A DNA stretch of 62,945 nt, filler included. It is 10 parts of 10 records of this genome, joined end to end, with 100 filler letters (N's around TTAATTAATTAA, not from the genome) between each part and the next. Parts side by side here need not be neighbours in the genome. Positions count along the whole stretch, not along the records: positions 42,632 to 45,652 come from SRR7504441_3662; positions 45,753 to 53,066 come from SRR7504441_3663; positions 53,167 to 58,560 come from SRR7504441_3664; 7 more parts are not named here. The stretch is one strand, 5' to 3'. This document shows positions 45,601-57,094 of the stretch, one piece after another; the first letter of the stretch is position 1; each line of letters starts with the position of its first letter. Under the pieces are notes generated by a model. The model had not been told where the DNA came from, made no database searches, and saw nothing but the letters and a program-made list of their open reading frames with translations. The translations under genes and the position numbers were made by a program.

Positions 45601-45652
45601 GCCGGAATAGCCTGCCATCTCTGTCCAGCTCGATGTCCTGGCCCGGATAATC
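42632..45652 (-). mobile_element. Ty1/copia LTR retrotransposon pol (integrase-chromodomain-RT-RNase H); LTRs and gag not in contig
   Basis: HARSGHPYRPDCDHC; DDE (ADFTG, HTDVDKSF, NSVVERRI); chromodomain 44234-44380; RT KRDGRRKGRLILQGF, DVSTAFL, LYGQR, YCDDFL; RNase H VDSDHAGD...SQTGY...WCSRKQ...EAE; uninterrupted ORF. Confidence 0.93.
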
Positions 45653-46010
45653 NNNNNNNNNNNNNNNNNNNNNNNNNNNNNNNNNNNNNNNNNNNNTTAA
45701 TTAATTAANNNNNNNNNNNNNNNNNNNNNNNNNNNNNNNNNNNNNNNNNNNNTGGGTCCGCGCCAAAGGGGAGCACCGAGCCAGACGAGGAGCAGACCGG
45801 CCGCCGGCCGAGCCACCGCCAGCAGACGGCACTGCCCCGCCTGCAGACCAGGGACATCGAGGCTGACGTCACGGTCCCGGACCAGGCCCCAGCTGCAGTT
45901 TACTATGGCGTCCTGTACCGGACAAAATAGATCTAGGCGACTTAAGGAAAAAGCGTGGATTTAGAGAAAATGCCACGTGTTAAGCATGGACTTACGATGA
46001 AAATCGTGTC

Positions 46011-47523
46011 TTAAGGCGCGCATTTGAACCAGCGATTTAGCGCGAGGCGCCGATTTAACTTGGCATGCTCGATATAGCTCGAAAGACCGCGATACAATTT
46101 TGAGGCGCACAACACATCTAAAAGTCTTGGGTACAAAAGCAACACATCTCGCTCCCAGTCTGGCGGCTTGTGGTGCCTCGCCCACACGAGCGGCACGTAG
46201 TCTGCGCCCGGTCAGCAGGGCACCAATGGCCAGCTACGGTCGTGCTTGACGCTCTGCCATCCGACCACCACCGGCCGTCCATACACCTCGGCTGGGTCGA
46301 GCCTGATGGGCAAGTGCAGCCCGGCTACGCCCCAGTATCCTCTCCCAAACATCTCAATGTCCCGCTGGCTCGCCTGGATGAGCAACGGCCGCCGCAGCAC
46401 GTGCGCGCATGCCACCTGCGACGGCTCAGGCTCGGCCGGCTTAATCGAGCAGACCGCGTGCACATTGGACAGGTAGGCGCCGGGGGTCTGGGCCTGGAGC
46501 AGCGCTTGCTTCCAGTCGGCCTGCCCAACCCGATCTATGTACCAGTCCTGCTGCTTCTCAAGCTCATTCGCCACCTGCCCAGGCCGATCAGCCCGGTCCG
46601 GCTGGGCAGGCTACCGCCACCCGGAGGATGTCCGAGAACAGTTCCATCCCCCACACGCCGCGCGAGACCGCGTGCAGCAGGCAGCTCCCGTCGCCTGTTG
46701 TGTTGAGAGGGAACAGACACACGTTCTGCCGCTCTGCAAGGTCGAAGATGTTGTCCGCCAGATACTCATAAGCGGCTTGGTCGATATCGTCCGACCGGAT
46801 CGGCAGGTAGCAGCAGCGTGTGTCGGGCAGGGTGTCCTGGAATATCATTCTGATTGTGGGCGCCAGCACCTACTCGCGGCTCAGTCAAATCCACCGCACT
46901 TGTCAAGGCCAGCGCACCACCAACTCGTCTCTCAGGATCTCCCGCCGACTGCGCTGCGAGTAGGTGGTGCCTGGAAGCAACGGATTGTTCACATCACCCG
47001 TCTGCAGCTCACTGCACAGCAGCACTGGCCGATGCGCCTGGCCCGCCCGGTCAAGCCCCGCTCTGCCAGGCCGGTCGCCTTGCACATCCGGCAGCACAGG
47101 TCAGTGGACTTGTTCTCGTCGAATGTGCACCGGCTGCAGGTCCAGTCCGGACCCCCAGCCGAGCAGTCCACCCGCTGGAAGAGCGTCACCGGGGCCGCCT
47201 TGCCACTCGGAGTCTGAATGGGGACGAACCGCCCGCCGTCCAGCTGCAGGTAGGCCCCGTCCGCCCCCTTGGCCTCCACCGCCCGCAGGATCTCTCCGAA
47301 TGCGGGCCCGGCCCCGCCGATCGCGCTGCCGAAGCTCGGCCGGCTTCGGTACCGCACCTGCCCCGGTAGAGTCAGCGGCGCCCGGAGAACCAGCCACTCC
47401 TTGGGGCACCACGCACTGCCAGTGCTCGGGCTCCCCTGGCGGCGGCGGCGGCGGCGGCGGTGGGCCCGGTGGTCCGCCCGGCGGAGGCGGTGGTTGGGAC
47501 CCTCCGAGTTCCACTGGCGGCAT
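46011..47523 (-). CDS. OTU deubiquitinase (A20/Cezanne/VCPIP1-like) with RanBP2/NZF finger and Pro-rich N-terminus
   Basis: WTCSRCTF...CCRMC; PLNTTGDGSCLLHAVSRGVWG; HVLRRP; removal of intron 46202-46237 creates the catalytic HYVPL. Confidence 0.82.
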
Positions 47524-47589
47524 TGTCACCGTTGCTTGATAAACGGGATTTAGATTTAATGACTGCGTACAGTATATTGCGCCGTGCGT

Positions 47590-48814
47590 CTACTCGGTCT
47601 TGGCTTTCTTTTCTACTGGACCCGACGCCATCACGATATCCATTTGCTCCTCAATCTGTGCGGCGAGAGGTGCCACCACCTCCGGGCCTAATCCGTGCTT
47701 GTCGCAAAATGCTGACGCCACCTCTTGCGGTCGATCTCCGTGGCACACTTGCACCGTCGCCGTCGCCTCCGGGTTGGCCTCAGTGGTAATCTGGACATCC
47801 TGCCATCCACAGCTCAGCACCGCCCGGCTCAACGCTCACCATTTCAAACAAAACCCAACGCTCGCCGCTGTCGTCAGCCAGCAGCTCGGCAGGCTGCCGC
47901 TGGTTGCTGTGCAGAATCCTGGCCTGGAATGGCTTGCTGCCCTCGCACAGACTGGTCCGTGACCGGTGGTTTACGTGGTCCCGAAACCACGGCCGGCAGT
48001 AGCACAAGTAAAGCACCATCCTGTCCTCTGCCGAAACATTAGCCCCACCGCGATGCTGCAGCCGGTAGTCGAAAACGACCACTGACCCGGCCGGGCAGCA
48101 CACGCCGAACGCGGGCTTGCCCTGTCTACTGGTCTGGCCGGCTAGATGGGTGGCTGGCACGAACTCGGTCGGCCCGTTGGCCTGGTTCAGGTCTATGAGC
48201 GGCACAAACACATTCAAGCAGTGCGGCGGCAGCTTCATCGACCCGCCGAACAGTTGGCCGCCGTCCCCGTGCCACTTCTGGGGCTGGCTGGCCGGGTCGG
48301 CGCCGGCCACCATCACGCCCGAGTACAGGAGGCAGACCGTGCCCCCGAGGCAGGCGCTGACCAGCGGGAACCAGGTTGGGTTGTAGACCAGCTCCGACGA
48401 ATTGAACGGCGGCTCGTCCATCTTGTAGCGCAGGTCGTACCGGTTGCCGTCCCGCTCGACGACCTCGGTGAACCCGCCCGGATTAAGGCTGTTGATGTCT
48501 TGTATACCAACCCCGGCTCTGCCCGTTCGGTCCGCACGGAGCCGCCGGAGCCTCTCGCAGACATGCCCGAGGTTGCGGGTGGCGGCCTCGCGGCACTGCT
48601 GCAGCAGCTTGGCCGAGATAGCCGCCGGCCAGTGCACCAGCCCATTCCGGAGCAGGCAGGACACGGCCTCGCGGGGCGGCTGCCCGTCGACCGGTGCCAC
48701 CGCGCACTCGGCCGGCACTCGGGCAGGCTGAGCGCCGCTGTCCGCCAATGCCTGCGCCCAGCATTCTTGCAGCAGCTCGTCCTCCGCAGCCCCACTCGCC
48801 CCGCCCTGCTGCAT
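47590..48814 (-). CDS. PhyH-family Fe/2OG dioxygenase with small C-terminal domain; 2 exons
   Basis: QKWHGD, FVPLIDL...NGPTEFVPATH, GSVVVFDYRLQHRGGAN...DR; intron 47800-47839. Confidence 0.85.
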
Positions 48815-48868
48815 GCGCCTCCCAGCTGCAGCCGGTGGAAGTCGGGCACACTCTCGCTCAGCCCACTC

Positions 48869-50778
48869 ATGGCGGAGTGGACAGACCTTTGCGCCGAGGT
48901 GCTCCCCCCGGCGGGTGAGCCGGGCTGGCTCTCGTTGGGAGCCGAGCTCGGGCCGTCGGTGGAGCCGGCTGCGCCCTTCCTCTCGCTGCCTGGGTCTATG
49001 GCTCGGCTACTCGAGCCCAGCTGGCGGACCGGTGCCAGAGCGCTGTTCAAGGTGGCAGCACGGTTCAGACGGCTGTTGACCGCCCGGGGCAGGCGATGCT
49101 GGTGCGGCGGGAGGCGTTGTCGGGGCTCCGGCAGCTTGCCAACGGCCACACCGCGGTTTTGCTACTTGTGGGGCCGCGCCGGCACCCGGCGGAGCTGCTC
49201 GCGGCGCGGCTGCTGGCAGTGGCCGCCGGGCTGGGGCTCCCGGTGCTCGACGCCGCCAGTTGGGGGCGGGCGACCGGTTCGCGCACCAAGCCGGCCGTGG
49301 GGGATCAGGCGGGCCGCCCGGCCTGTCTAGAGGGACTGGCCCGACTCAGTGTGCCGCTGCTCGGGTACGCCGCCAGCGGGGAGGACTCGGCGGTCAGCTT
49401 GCTGATTCGGGCTGTGGCGGCCCGGCGGGTGGGCGACTGCGTGGTGGTCCCGCTGGACTGCAGGTGCTGCGCGGTCGGGGCGAGGCTCCGCGCGACACTC
49501 GGGCTCGGGCGAGCAGTCAATCTGCGCGCGACGCTGCATGCTGCGAGCTCCTGGCAGCACCCGGCGGCCGGAGTGGTGAGCGCCGTGGAACGTGAGCTGG
49601 CAGCCAGTGCGCCCGTGGGGCTGCCGGAGCTGCTGATGGCTGGGCTGATCGGGGGGGAGAAAACGCTCGGTCAGCTGCATGTAGCCTCAGAGTGGCTGCG
49701 CCAGGTCTTGCCTCCAGACAGGGTGCGCCGCCCCGCCACGCCGCCGACTGGCCGGACAGGTATCGCCGGGGCTGGCTGGTCCTGTTTCGATGGCCGCGAT
49801 CCGGGCTGGCTTGGCTGAGCTGAGACCACTCGTGCGGCGGCTGGTGGACCCCCAGTACTGGCTTAGCCCCGCCAGGCCCGCCAGCCCCCTCACAAAACTG
49901 ACCAACCAACAGGCTGGAGCCGGGCCGTGCGGCGGTCCTAGCTGCAAGTCCAGAGCTGGTGCTAGCGGCAGCCGCAGCCGGATCTTACCAGCGAGCCCAC
50001 CCTGAAGCGGCAGCTGTGCCGATGGCGGCGGTGCTCACCAGGGTGATCAGCCCAAGGCTGTCAGTTGAGGCCAGCGGCAGGCGAGGTTCCTGCTGAGCAT
50101 GCTCGAGCAAGAGCTCCAGGATGTCCGATGGGATGGTCCCAGTCTGCAAACCCGGCCGGACCCCGCCAAAATGGAGGCAGCACTCCGGTCTGAGCACAAC
50201 CGTGGCCGATTGGTTGATTGCTCGCAGGCGAGCCGGCCCCGTGTCGGCGGATGGGGTGGAGCTGGCTAGAATCAGTCCGCTGGCCGAGCTGGCGCTCAGG
50301 CTGCTCGCACCGCTGGTCGAGAGTATGTGGCTGGTTGGGCTTGGTTTGCTCCAGCTCGGATCCAGCACCTCTATCAGCCAGGCGACCCCAGACTTGAACC
50401 CGATCACCGATTGGGCAGGTTGGGCTGTTGGCCGTGCTCGAGCAGCTCGCTGCAAAGCTGGCCGGGCAGGCATGTTGATTGGTTGGGTGGCTCTCATTAG
50501 AGGCGGCAGGGAAAAATCCGGCTGGAGGATGGGGCTCGCCTCCCATACTATTGCACCGAGCCCGTGGTTGAGCGGGTACACAATGCTTGATTGAAAGCAC
50601 TCTGACATGTCCACTGGCAGGCATTAGAACAGCTCGAGCGGATTCGGATATTGCAAGAGCAGCCACGAAGCGAGCCAACACGCAGCTGGCAGCCCAGCTC
50701 AGATACGGACCTGCTGGTATTTTGATTATTTATCATGACCAGCCATGCCCTACGGCTTACTGCCCGTTGCTGCTCTAG
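48869..50778 (+). CDS. Multi-exon hypothetical protein
   Basis: ATG 48869 divergent from PhyH; Ala/Leu-rich ORF pieces separated by short introns; no recognisable family. Confidence 0.4.
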
Positions 50779-50824
50779 TTTTACCTACTCCGAGAACTGA
50801 CTATCTAGAGAACTGACCACTGTG
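50779..50824 (-). mobile_element. Putative transposon terminus beginning CACAGTG, with subterminal direct repeats
   Basis: Minus strand CACAGTGGTCAGTTCTCTAGATAGTCAGTTCTCGGAGTAGGTAAAA; GAGAACTGAC twice on + (50792, 50808); partner end not seen. Confidence 0.35.
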
Positions 50825-51039
50825 TAGGTTGGGCTGGTTGAGAGCTTGGGCCAATTCCGGCTGGAGAGGTTTTATTCTTTTGGTCGAAGAGCTTCGCCAG
50901 CCAGACACCCAATGGAATATCTAGACGAGCCAGGCTCGGAGCTCGCATCATCCAAGCTGTAAGCCAAAAGGTGGCCTCAAAACAGCTCAATCTCAAGTAG
51001 ACAACTACTATATCAGCCAATCATATAACAATGAGCACT

Positions 51040-51125
51040 GTACATCAGCGGTAACTGATCAGTCACCGGCTGCATATCAGTACATGTACTGAGCGGCCGG
51101 TCAGTACGTTTATCAGTTATTGTAC
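51040..51125. repeat. Imperfect foldback palindrome centred on TACATGTA
   Basis: Nested arms TCAGTACA/TGTACTGA, ACCGGCTGC/GCGGCCGGT, TAACTGAT/ATCAGTTA, GTACA/TGTAC. Confidence 0.75.
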
Positions 51126-51371
51126 TGATCAGTATTAAATCAGTATATAATTATCAATATCGGTAAAACCTGTGTCCTATTTAAAATGCCGTATAATTGT
51201 AGTACATAATTGCATTTGATAGTAGTATGACTGCTCACGCGTTCATTTAATGAGCGAGTATCGGGTTCTCATCTCGTTGCCTAGATCTATCTAATTCCAC
51301 ACCGTCACACAATCGGATTTGGGCATGTCAACAGGCCCAAGCTTTGCTCTACGACGACAATCATATATTCA

Positions 51372-53066
51372 TCAGTGACTCAGGCTGGCTTCAACGTAGT
51401 GACCATCGTTGAAAAGACGAGAGATCTTGTTTCCGCTGACGTAAGTGAAGATGTTACTGAACTTGTCGGTGTAGTCGTTAAATCCAGCCCAAAACAGCTT
51501 ACTTGGAGGAGGCTTCCAAAAGAGTTGTCTGAAACCATCAATTTTTTTCATGGATGTTCCGTAGTCGTGCACTTGGACAGCAGTACCAGCGGTGGCGTTA
51601 ATGCGCAGGATCACGCTGAAGTCATGCTGGTTTCCACCACCCACTGCGATGATGTGGTCCTCATCTAGCTCATAGCCCTGCAGGTGATAGGCTTGATAAT
51701 CACACTCTTTGTGGGTAGCTGGTGGCAACACTGAGGAAGCAACTTAGTGACTTGAGCCGCGGTACCAACTCAAACAGCCCCTCGGCGCTGCCAAACCCAA
51801 GTTACGACGTCAAGCCTGCCCACACACCGCTGAGGCGGGCAGCCATCGGCAAACTGCTTGAGCTGGTCCGCCCTGTACATGGGAGGGGCCAGTTCCGCTG
51901 TGCCGGGGACTCGCACATGGCTTATGGGTTTCAGCTGACCGGATCTGAGGATGGCAACAATACTCAGCAGGGCCACTTCATGTGCCTGATTGAGTTTGAA
52001 GCCACTGGGAACGAGATCATCCTCAAGTTTGAGTACAATATGCATGGGGAGCCGTTTGATGAGGGCGAAGGTCTATGTGCCTACCTCATGGACCCAACTG
52101 TGCCCGGATGTTGCAAGCGCTCAGGGGCAAGCTTGTGTGACAAGCTCGACGAAAAAGTGCTGAAGCAAGTTTTAGACCACCTAGCACAGGATGCTCACAA
52201 GGAGGCGGCCTGGCTTCAGTTTCTGATCAATGTGGTCTCTCCAAATGGCAAAATCCACATTGATAATGCCTCTGTTGTCGGCCGAGCTGTGTTTGGGTCT
52301 ACATCGATATTACAGGTTGCTGCTGGCGAGGATAGTAAGAGTTTGGCAGACGCTCTAGTCGCCTATCCAGCAGATGCTTCGTTGATCAAGCAAGCAGCAG
52401 ATAAAAATCTAAGCTTGGGCTTCATCTGTGGGTCTGTCGACTTATTATCGAGCCCTTGTCGATGCTTGGCTTGGGAAGATGAAGATGAAAGCAAGCTACC
52501 TGAATTTGTGGGCCAGTGTGTTTGTCGACTGTGAACATCCCCGCTGCACTGGCAAGCTGCTCTCCTATAATAATCAGCTGTTCCCCCAAGCCGATGTTAT
52601 GGATTCATGGAATATTACAGAGCCCACCACACTGATGAAAACCCAAGGAGCTTCCGCGCTGTGGTCTGGGCACTCTACCAAGTGCTGCTTCAAGCACCCG
52701 ATATGTCTGATGAAACTCTGGCTTCATTAACTAGGGTATGCCGCAGCTGTATTTACTTTGAGCATGCTGTGGATGTGAGTGGACAAAACCGAGAAGGCGA
52801 TGGAGGTCTTACATGATTCACACGCTGAGATTGCTGCAGACTTACAGTCCAAGATCGGCTTAGTCGAGGTTTGTCGTGACGGTGTGGCGCACACTGTGCT
52901 CTTCCCATTACCGCAGCTGTGCTTCGAGCTAGTACATGATGCAGCTTTCATCGAGCATTGCACCAAGTACATACAGAGTATACCAAGAGAAGATGCTACT
53001 GAGAAAGTCACTGCCAGGGCAAGATATCCTGCAGGCACTTCTTCCAAGATAGCCAGCGACAAGGAG
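51372..53066. pseudogene. Mosaic of gene fragments (propeller-like on -, L-type lectin-like and IP3-receptor-like on +)
   Basis: Frame changes near 52425, 52600 and 52780; IP3R-like motifs (WLQFLINVV.PNGK, KASYLNLWASVFVD, VEVCRDGVAHTVLFPLPQLC) compressed into about 900 bp; lower GC than flanking genes. Confidence 0.5.
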
Positions 53067-53166
53067 NNNNNNNNNNNNNNNNNNNNNNNNNNNNNNNNNN
53101 NNNNNNNNNNTTAATTAATTAANNNNNNNNNNNNNNNNNNNNNNNNNNNNNNNNNNNNNNNNNNNN

Positions 53167-53694
53167 GCGACGACCAGTTCCGGGTGAGCCCCAAGGGGGT
53201 CCCGCTGGAGGTTGTTCACTACTTCAACGTCCTGAGCTGGGTGCGGTGGTCCAGTCGGCGCGCGCTGAGAGCGGCCGGGCAGGGCGAGGGGCACGAGCTG
53301 CTGCAACTAAGCACGGCCGGGACCTCGATCAGTCCCTCATCCGGCCAGCGCGCCCAGACCCGGTACGCCGACAGTGTGGACGCTGGGCTGATTGGCCTGC
53401 AGGGACAAGCGGCTGCTCCAGTTTAGTTGCTGCGAGCCTGGCGCTGTGGCCCAGCAGCTGAGGATCCGATGCCAGGCAATGATGGCAGAGTTTAACAACG
53501 AGCCGATCGCCCGGTCGCTGGACGCCAGCATAGCCCCGCTCGTCCAGCAGGAAGCAAGCGAGGTCCAGGCGCGTGCCGCGCAAAAGGAGGCGGCCGCGCA
53601 AGGCGAAAGTCTCTCGTGTCGGTCGCCCCAGGAGGTGCGGGAGCTGCCGGGAGGCGAAGTGAGGAGGAGGCACCGGCGGAACACAATCATCTAA
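53167..53694 (+). CDS. 3' part of hypothetical multi-exon gene
   Basis: ORF pieces to TAA at 53694, followed by an AT-rich spacer. Confidence 0.35.
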
Positions 53695-53978
53695 ACCGCC
53701 GGATGTAAAATGATGAGTTTAAAATTAGTCGCGGAAGAATTCTAGAGTACATGTACAATAGCTGCTACTCCGGTTTTCCCTGATGTGAGCAATCCCGCGA
53801 TACTGTACATGAATTCGATATCGACTTACAGTCTTTGAGCTTCACTTTTAGCTTCGCTGAAGCTCAAGACTGTGACCTGCTACCGCAGCTACCGTAGCAA
53901 CCAGTACATAGCACCTTCCCGCGGGTCCTTGCATTGTCACAAGCGGGGCTCGGCGCTACTACGGCGCTACGGGAATCG

Positions 53979-54437
53979 TCACCAAAGCCAGGCCGCAAGC
54001 AGACTCATCACAGCCAGCACCATGCACGGCGCCCTCTCCTTCCGCATGAGAACCCGCTCGGCCGCCTCATCCAGCCGGCCCCAACCCCACGCCTCCGACC
54101 CCCCTTGCACCGCGTAGAGCCCGGCCAGCGCCAGCAGCGCCCAGTCGGCCGCAACTGTCCAGGCTGCCACAGTGCACACAAAGCTGGCCAGCCCGAGCCC
54201 GATCCCCGAGCACACCAGCGCCGCGGCCCGCCGGTCGGGCCGGTCTGCCAGCGCTAGCCCAGCCGCCTGCACCAGACCTCCGATGAAGGCCAGGATCATA
54301 CCGGCGTATGAGGCCAGCGCAGGCCGGATCATCGGGGGCCAGCCCAGCCAGGCTCCCGCCGCAGCCACCGGGAACACCAGCGTGCCCAGCCGGAGCAGCC
54401 CGCACGCCGCGGTATGCCCGGTGATCACTTGCAGCAT
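53979..54437 (-). CDS. Small membrane protein, DUF3429-like
   Basis: LGTLVFPV...LASYAGMILAFIGGL; several TM helices. Confidence 0.55.
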   Translation of the reverse strand: MLQVITGHTAACGLLRLGTLVFPVAAAGAWLGWPPMIRPALASYAGMILAFIGGLVQAAGLALADRPDRRAAALVCSGIGLGLASFVCTVAAWTVAADWALLALAGLYAVQGGSEAWGWGRLDEAAERVLMRKERAPCMVLAVMSLLAAWLW

Positions 54438-54524
54438 GCCGGGCACAGTAGTCAGCTCAGGGCGACACCGAGCCGGCGGCCGTTGAAATCCATCAATCCC
54501 GCGGTGAGATCAGGGGACCCGCAT

Positions 54525-54893
54525 ATGCGGCTGTCGGCGGTAGTGGCGCTGATCGCGCTGGGCGCGGTGGCCGCCGCGGACCCGGAGCGGCCCAAGTGCA
54601 ACTTCCAACCGCCACCCGGGTGGGCTGGCCCGGGGCGCCGGCCGACTGGAGATAGGTGCGGCTGTGACGGGACCAATCTGCCTCCCGACTCGTCGGCCAG
54701 CATGTCGGGGGGGGACGGCACCATCCTGGCGGCCGACACGGGCAGCGAGGGCTCCCCAGATGATGTCAACACCGGCGTGGGCGGCCACAGCCGCCGGGTG
54801 GAGGTGGCAGACCTCGGGGCGGCGGCCGAGCCGGCGGCACCTGTCAAGTGTCCGCCCCTGCCGCCAGGCTGCTCGTGCGAGGAAGCCACGTAG
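54525..54893 (+). CDS. Small secreted Cys/Pro-rich protein
   Basis: Signal peptide MRLSAVVALIALGAVAA; CNFQPPPG, CGC, CPPLPPGCSC. Confidence 0.5.
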   Translation: MRLSAVVALIALGAVAAADPERPKCNFQPPPGWAGPGRRPTGDRCGCDGTNLPPDSSASMSGGDGTILAADTGSEGSPDDVNTGVGGHSRRVEVADLGAAAEPAAPVKCPPLPPGCSCEEAT

Positions 54894-55095
54894 CACGGGC
54901 TGCAGGGCCGGACTGCTCGCGACCAGGGCGTGCGGTGGACCGTTCCACCCTGAGCAAATTCCATGTTTTGTGTGCAAGTACGGTAGTCTAATTAGATCTA
55001 ATCACTCGATGCAGTCCAAAGTTAGTCTAAAGTAGTCTGCTGAGTACTCGTACATGCTTATTGACCACAGCCGGTATTTTCATCATTTATAGATG

Positions 55096-57094
55096 CTATG
55101 GATTCCTATTCGTCCAAGTCATCTCGAGCTCCTGCTCAAACATAGTCTCCTTTTGACTCGCCAGTGCAAACCCACGCCGCTGCATGAACTGTTTCAGCCC
55201 ATCCTCAGTCGCCTGCCCTGTGTACAGTGGATGGGCAGTCACCTGCAGCCCAATCGGCCGCAGCTCAGCCCAGCCCCGACCTGTGCCGAGCACTGCACCT
55301 CGGCCACCCGGCTTTCGAGCCACCAGCCGGCTGACTCAAGCACTTCCAGCTCAAGCCCCTGAGCCTCCACTACCAGCCTATCCACTCGGGCCAGCTTAAG
55401 CGCCTCAAATAGCGTAGACAGCCGGTAGCACCGCACCATCCCGCTGGTGTGCGGCAGGAACTGCGGCAGTTTGGCCGGCTTGCCGGTATGGGGGTCTTTG
55501 TAATGGCCCAGCGCGTTGCTATCCTGCCACAGAATCGCTCTCAAGCCCTCGGTGAGCGGCCTACCACGCTGAGCACGCTTGAATAGTCTGCCATCGTTGG
55601 TCAGTCGCTGGCGTGTCAGGCCAAGCTACCAGCCCTGGCGCACATATTGAACGGGGTGAACCCGTCGTGACGTCTCACTGCAGCACAGATCTTGGCATCC
55701 ACTGGCCTAGCGTGAGACTCTCGCCAGCTTGCCACCACCTGGCCGAGTCTTGATCCGCGCATACGAGCTGTACACCGGCTCCACAAACAGCGCCGGCGGC
55801 GCATCGCCGCTCCCGGTGCTGCCCACAGCCCTCATTGCCTGCGCCAGTACAGCCAGGGAGACCCGCACGCCTTCCCAGCACCGACGTGCACCAGCCAGCC
55901 GGGCTGGTCCTGGCGGGCTCTCAAGCCAAGCCGGTCGAGCGGGGTGCGCGCCAGCAGCGAAATAGCCAGCCCTGCGCGCGCAGGTGGCCGCAGGTGGCCG
56001 GCCACGAGTGCACCTTGAATCTTAGTATGCAGTGTGGCGCACAGCGTGGCCTCTATCGCCACCGCGGCGTCTGGGTCGGTCGGCGGCGGCCTCGGTTCCC
56101 TGCCCAGGCAGAGCAACACGAGCTGCTGCAGCTGCAACTTGGGCTGCACCGGTGGTAAAGGCTCAGCTGTCCACCCCTCAGTGAGCTGGGCACAGCTGCC
56201 CGTCACATAAGTCGGCCACGCGCTCGGCCGTGCTCAGGCTCGGCCGGGATCCAATGGCCCGTTGCAGCCACACGAGCAGCTCTGGGGCTTGCACTGCCGC
56301 CTTGATCGGGCCAGCCGGAGCGAAAAACAGGTACCAGACCAAATGCTCTAACTGCCCGACGGGTCAGCTGGCCCGGGCAAACGCACCATCTGGCCGGCCC
56401 GGGCTTGCGCTGACGGCAAGTCTATGACGAACACTTCCCGGCCTACGGCCACCGCCAGCACGGCCGCGGAGGCGCCGCAGTGCTCCGAGAGGTCGCAGCG
56501 TGCTGCGAGCCCCACCATCTCCCCCTCCCGGCCAGCGGCGATCAGGCCCGAAACCGCCCGGGAGAGCGAGTTCGAGCAGGCGCACCGCACCGCCCGCCGA
56601 CCGTCCAGCTCCTCCAGCCGCAGCGGCGGCTCTTCGTCCATCGGCGGATTGAGGATCGCCGCGTGGGTAGGGCAACTGCAGCTCGGCGGCGCCGCACTCA
56701 GCAGTGCCATCCGCGTGGCCCCGTCAGCTGCCCCATCCGCTGGGGTTTCGCCGTCGGCGTCCACCGCCTGCTTGTCGGCCCCGGCATTGAGCAGCAGCCC
56801 GACCACCGGCGAATGGCCGTTCCAGGCCGCCCAGTGCAGCGGCGTGGCCTGGCTCCGGTCCCTGAAGTTGACGTCAGCGCCCCGGGCCAACAGCTCCCGG
56901 CACAGTGCGACGTGCCCGCCCTCGCACGCCCAGTGCAGCGCCGTCCGCCGGTATTGGGCCACATGCGCGTCCGGCGCGAGTCCCGACTTGTCGAGCTTGG
57001 CCCGGACTGCCAGCAGGTCGCCGGCCTTGGCTGACTCGAGCAGCCCGGCCACCGCGGCTGCCTCCTCCGCCTCCTGCAGCGCGGCCACGCTCAT
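55096..57094 (-). CDS. Ankyrin-repeat protein with degenerate exonuclease-like middle and FkbM-like methyltransferase C-terminus (possibly two genes)
   Basis: RTALHWAC, TPLHWAAWNGH; LAVAVGREVFVIDL; VHVGAG...LFVEPV...VDRLVVEAQGLELEVLES...LYTGQ...FMQRRGF. Confidence 0.55.

Noticed and set aside
47590-48814. PhyH dioxygenase as ectoine hydroxylase EctD (with DoeA) or PhnY* (with the HD enzyme), forming a pathway cluster
   Set aside because: It lacks the EctD signature FxWHSDFETWH, and the genes lie on different contigs, so there is no real linkage.
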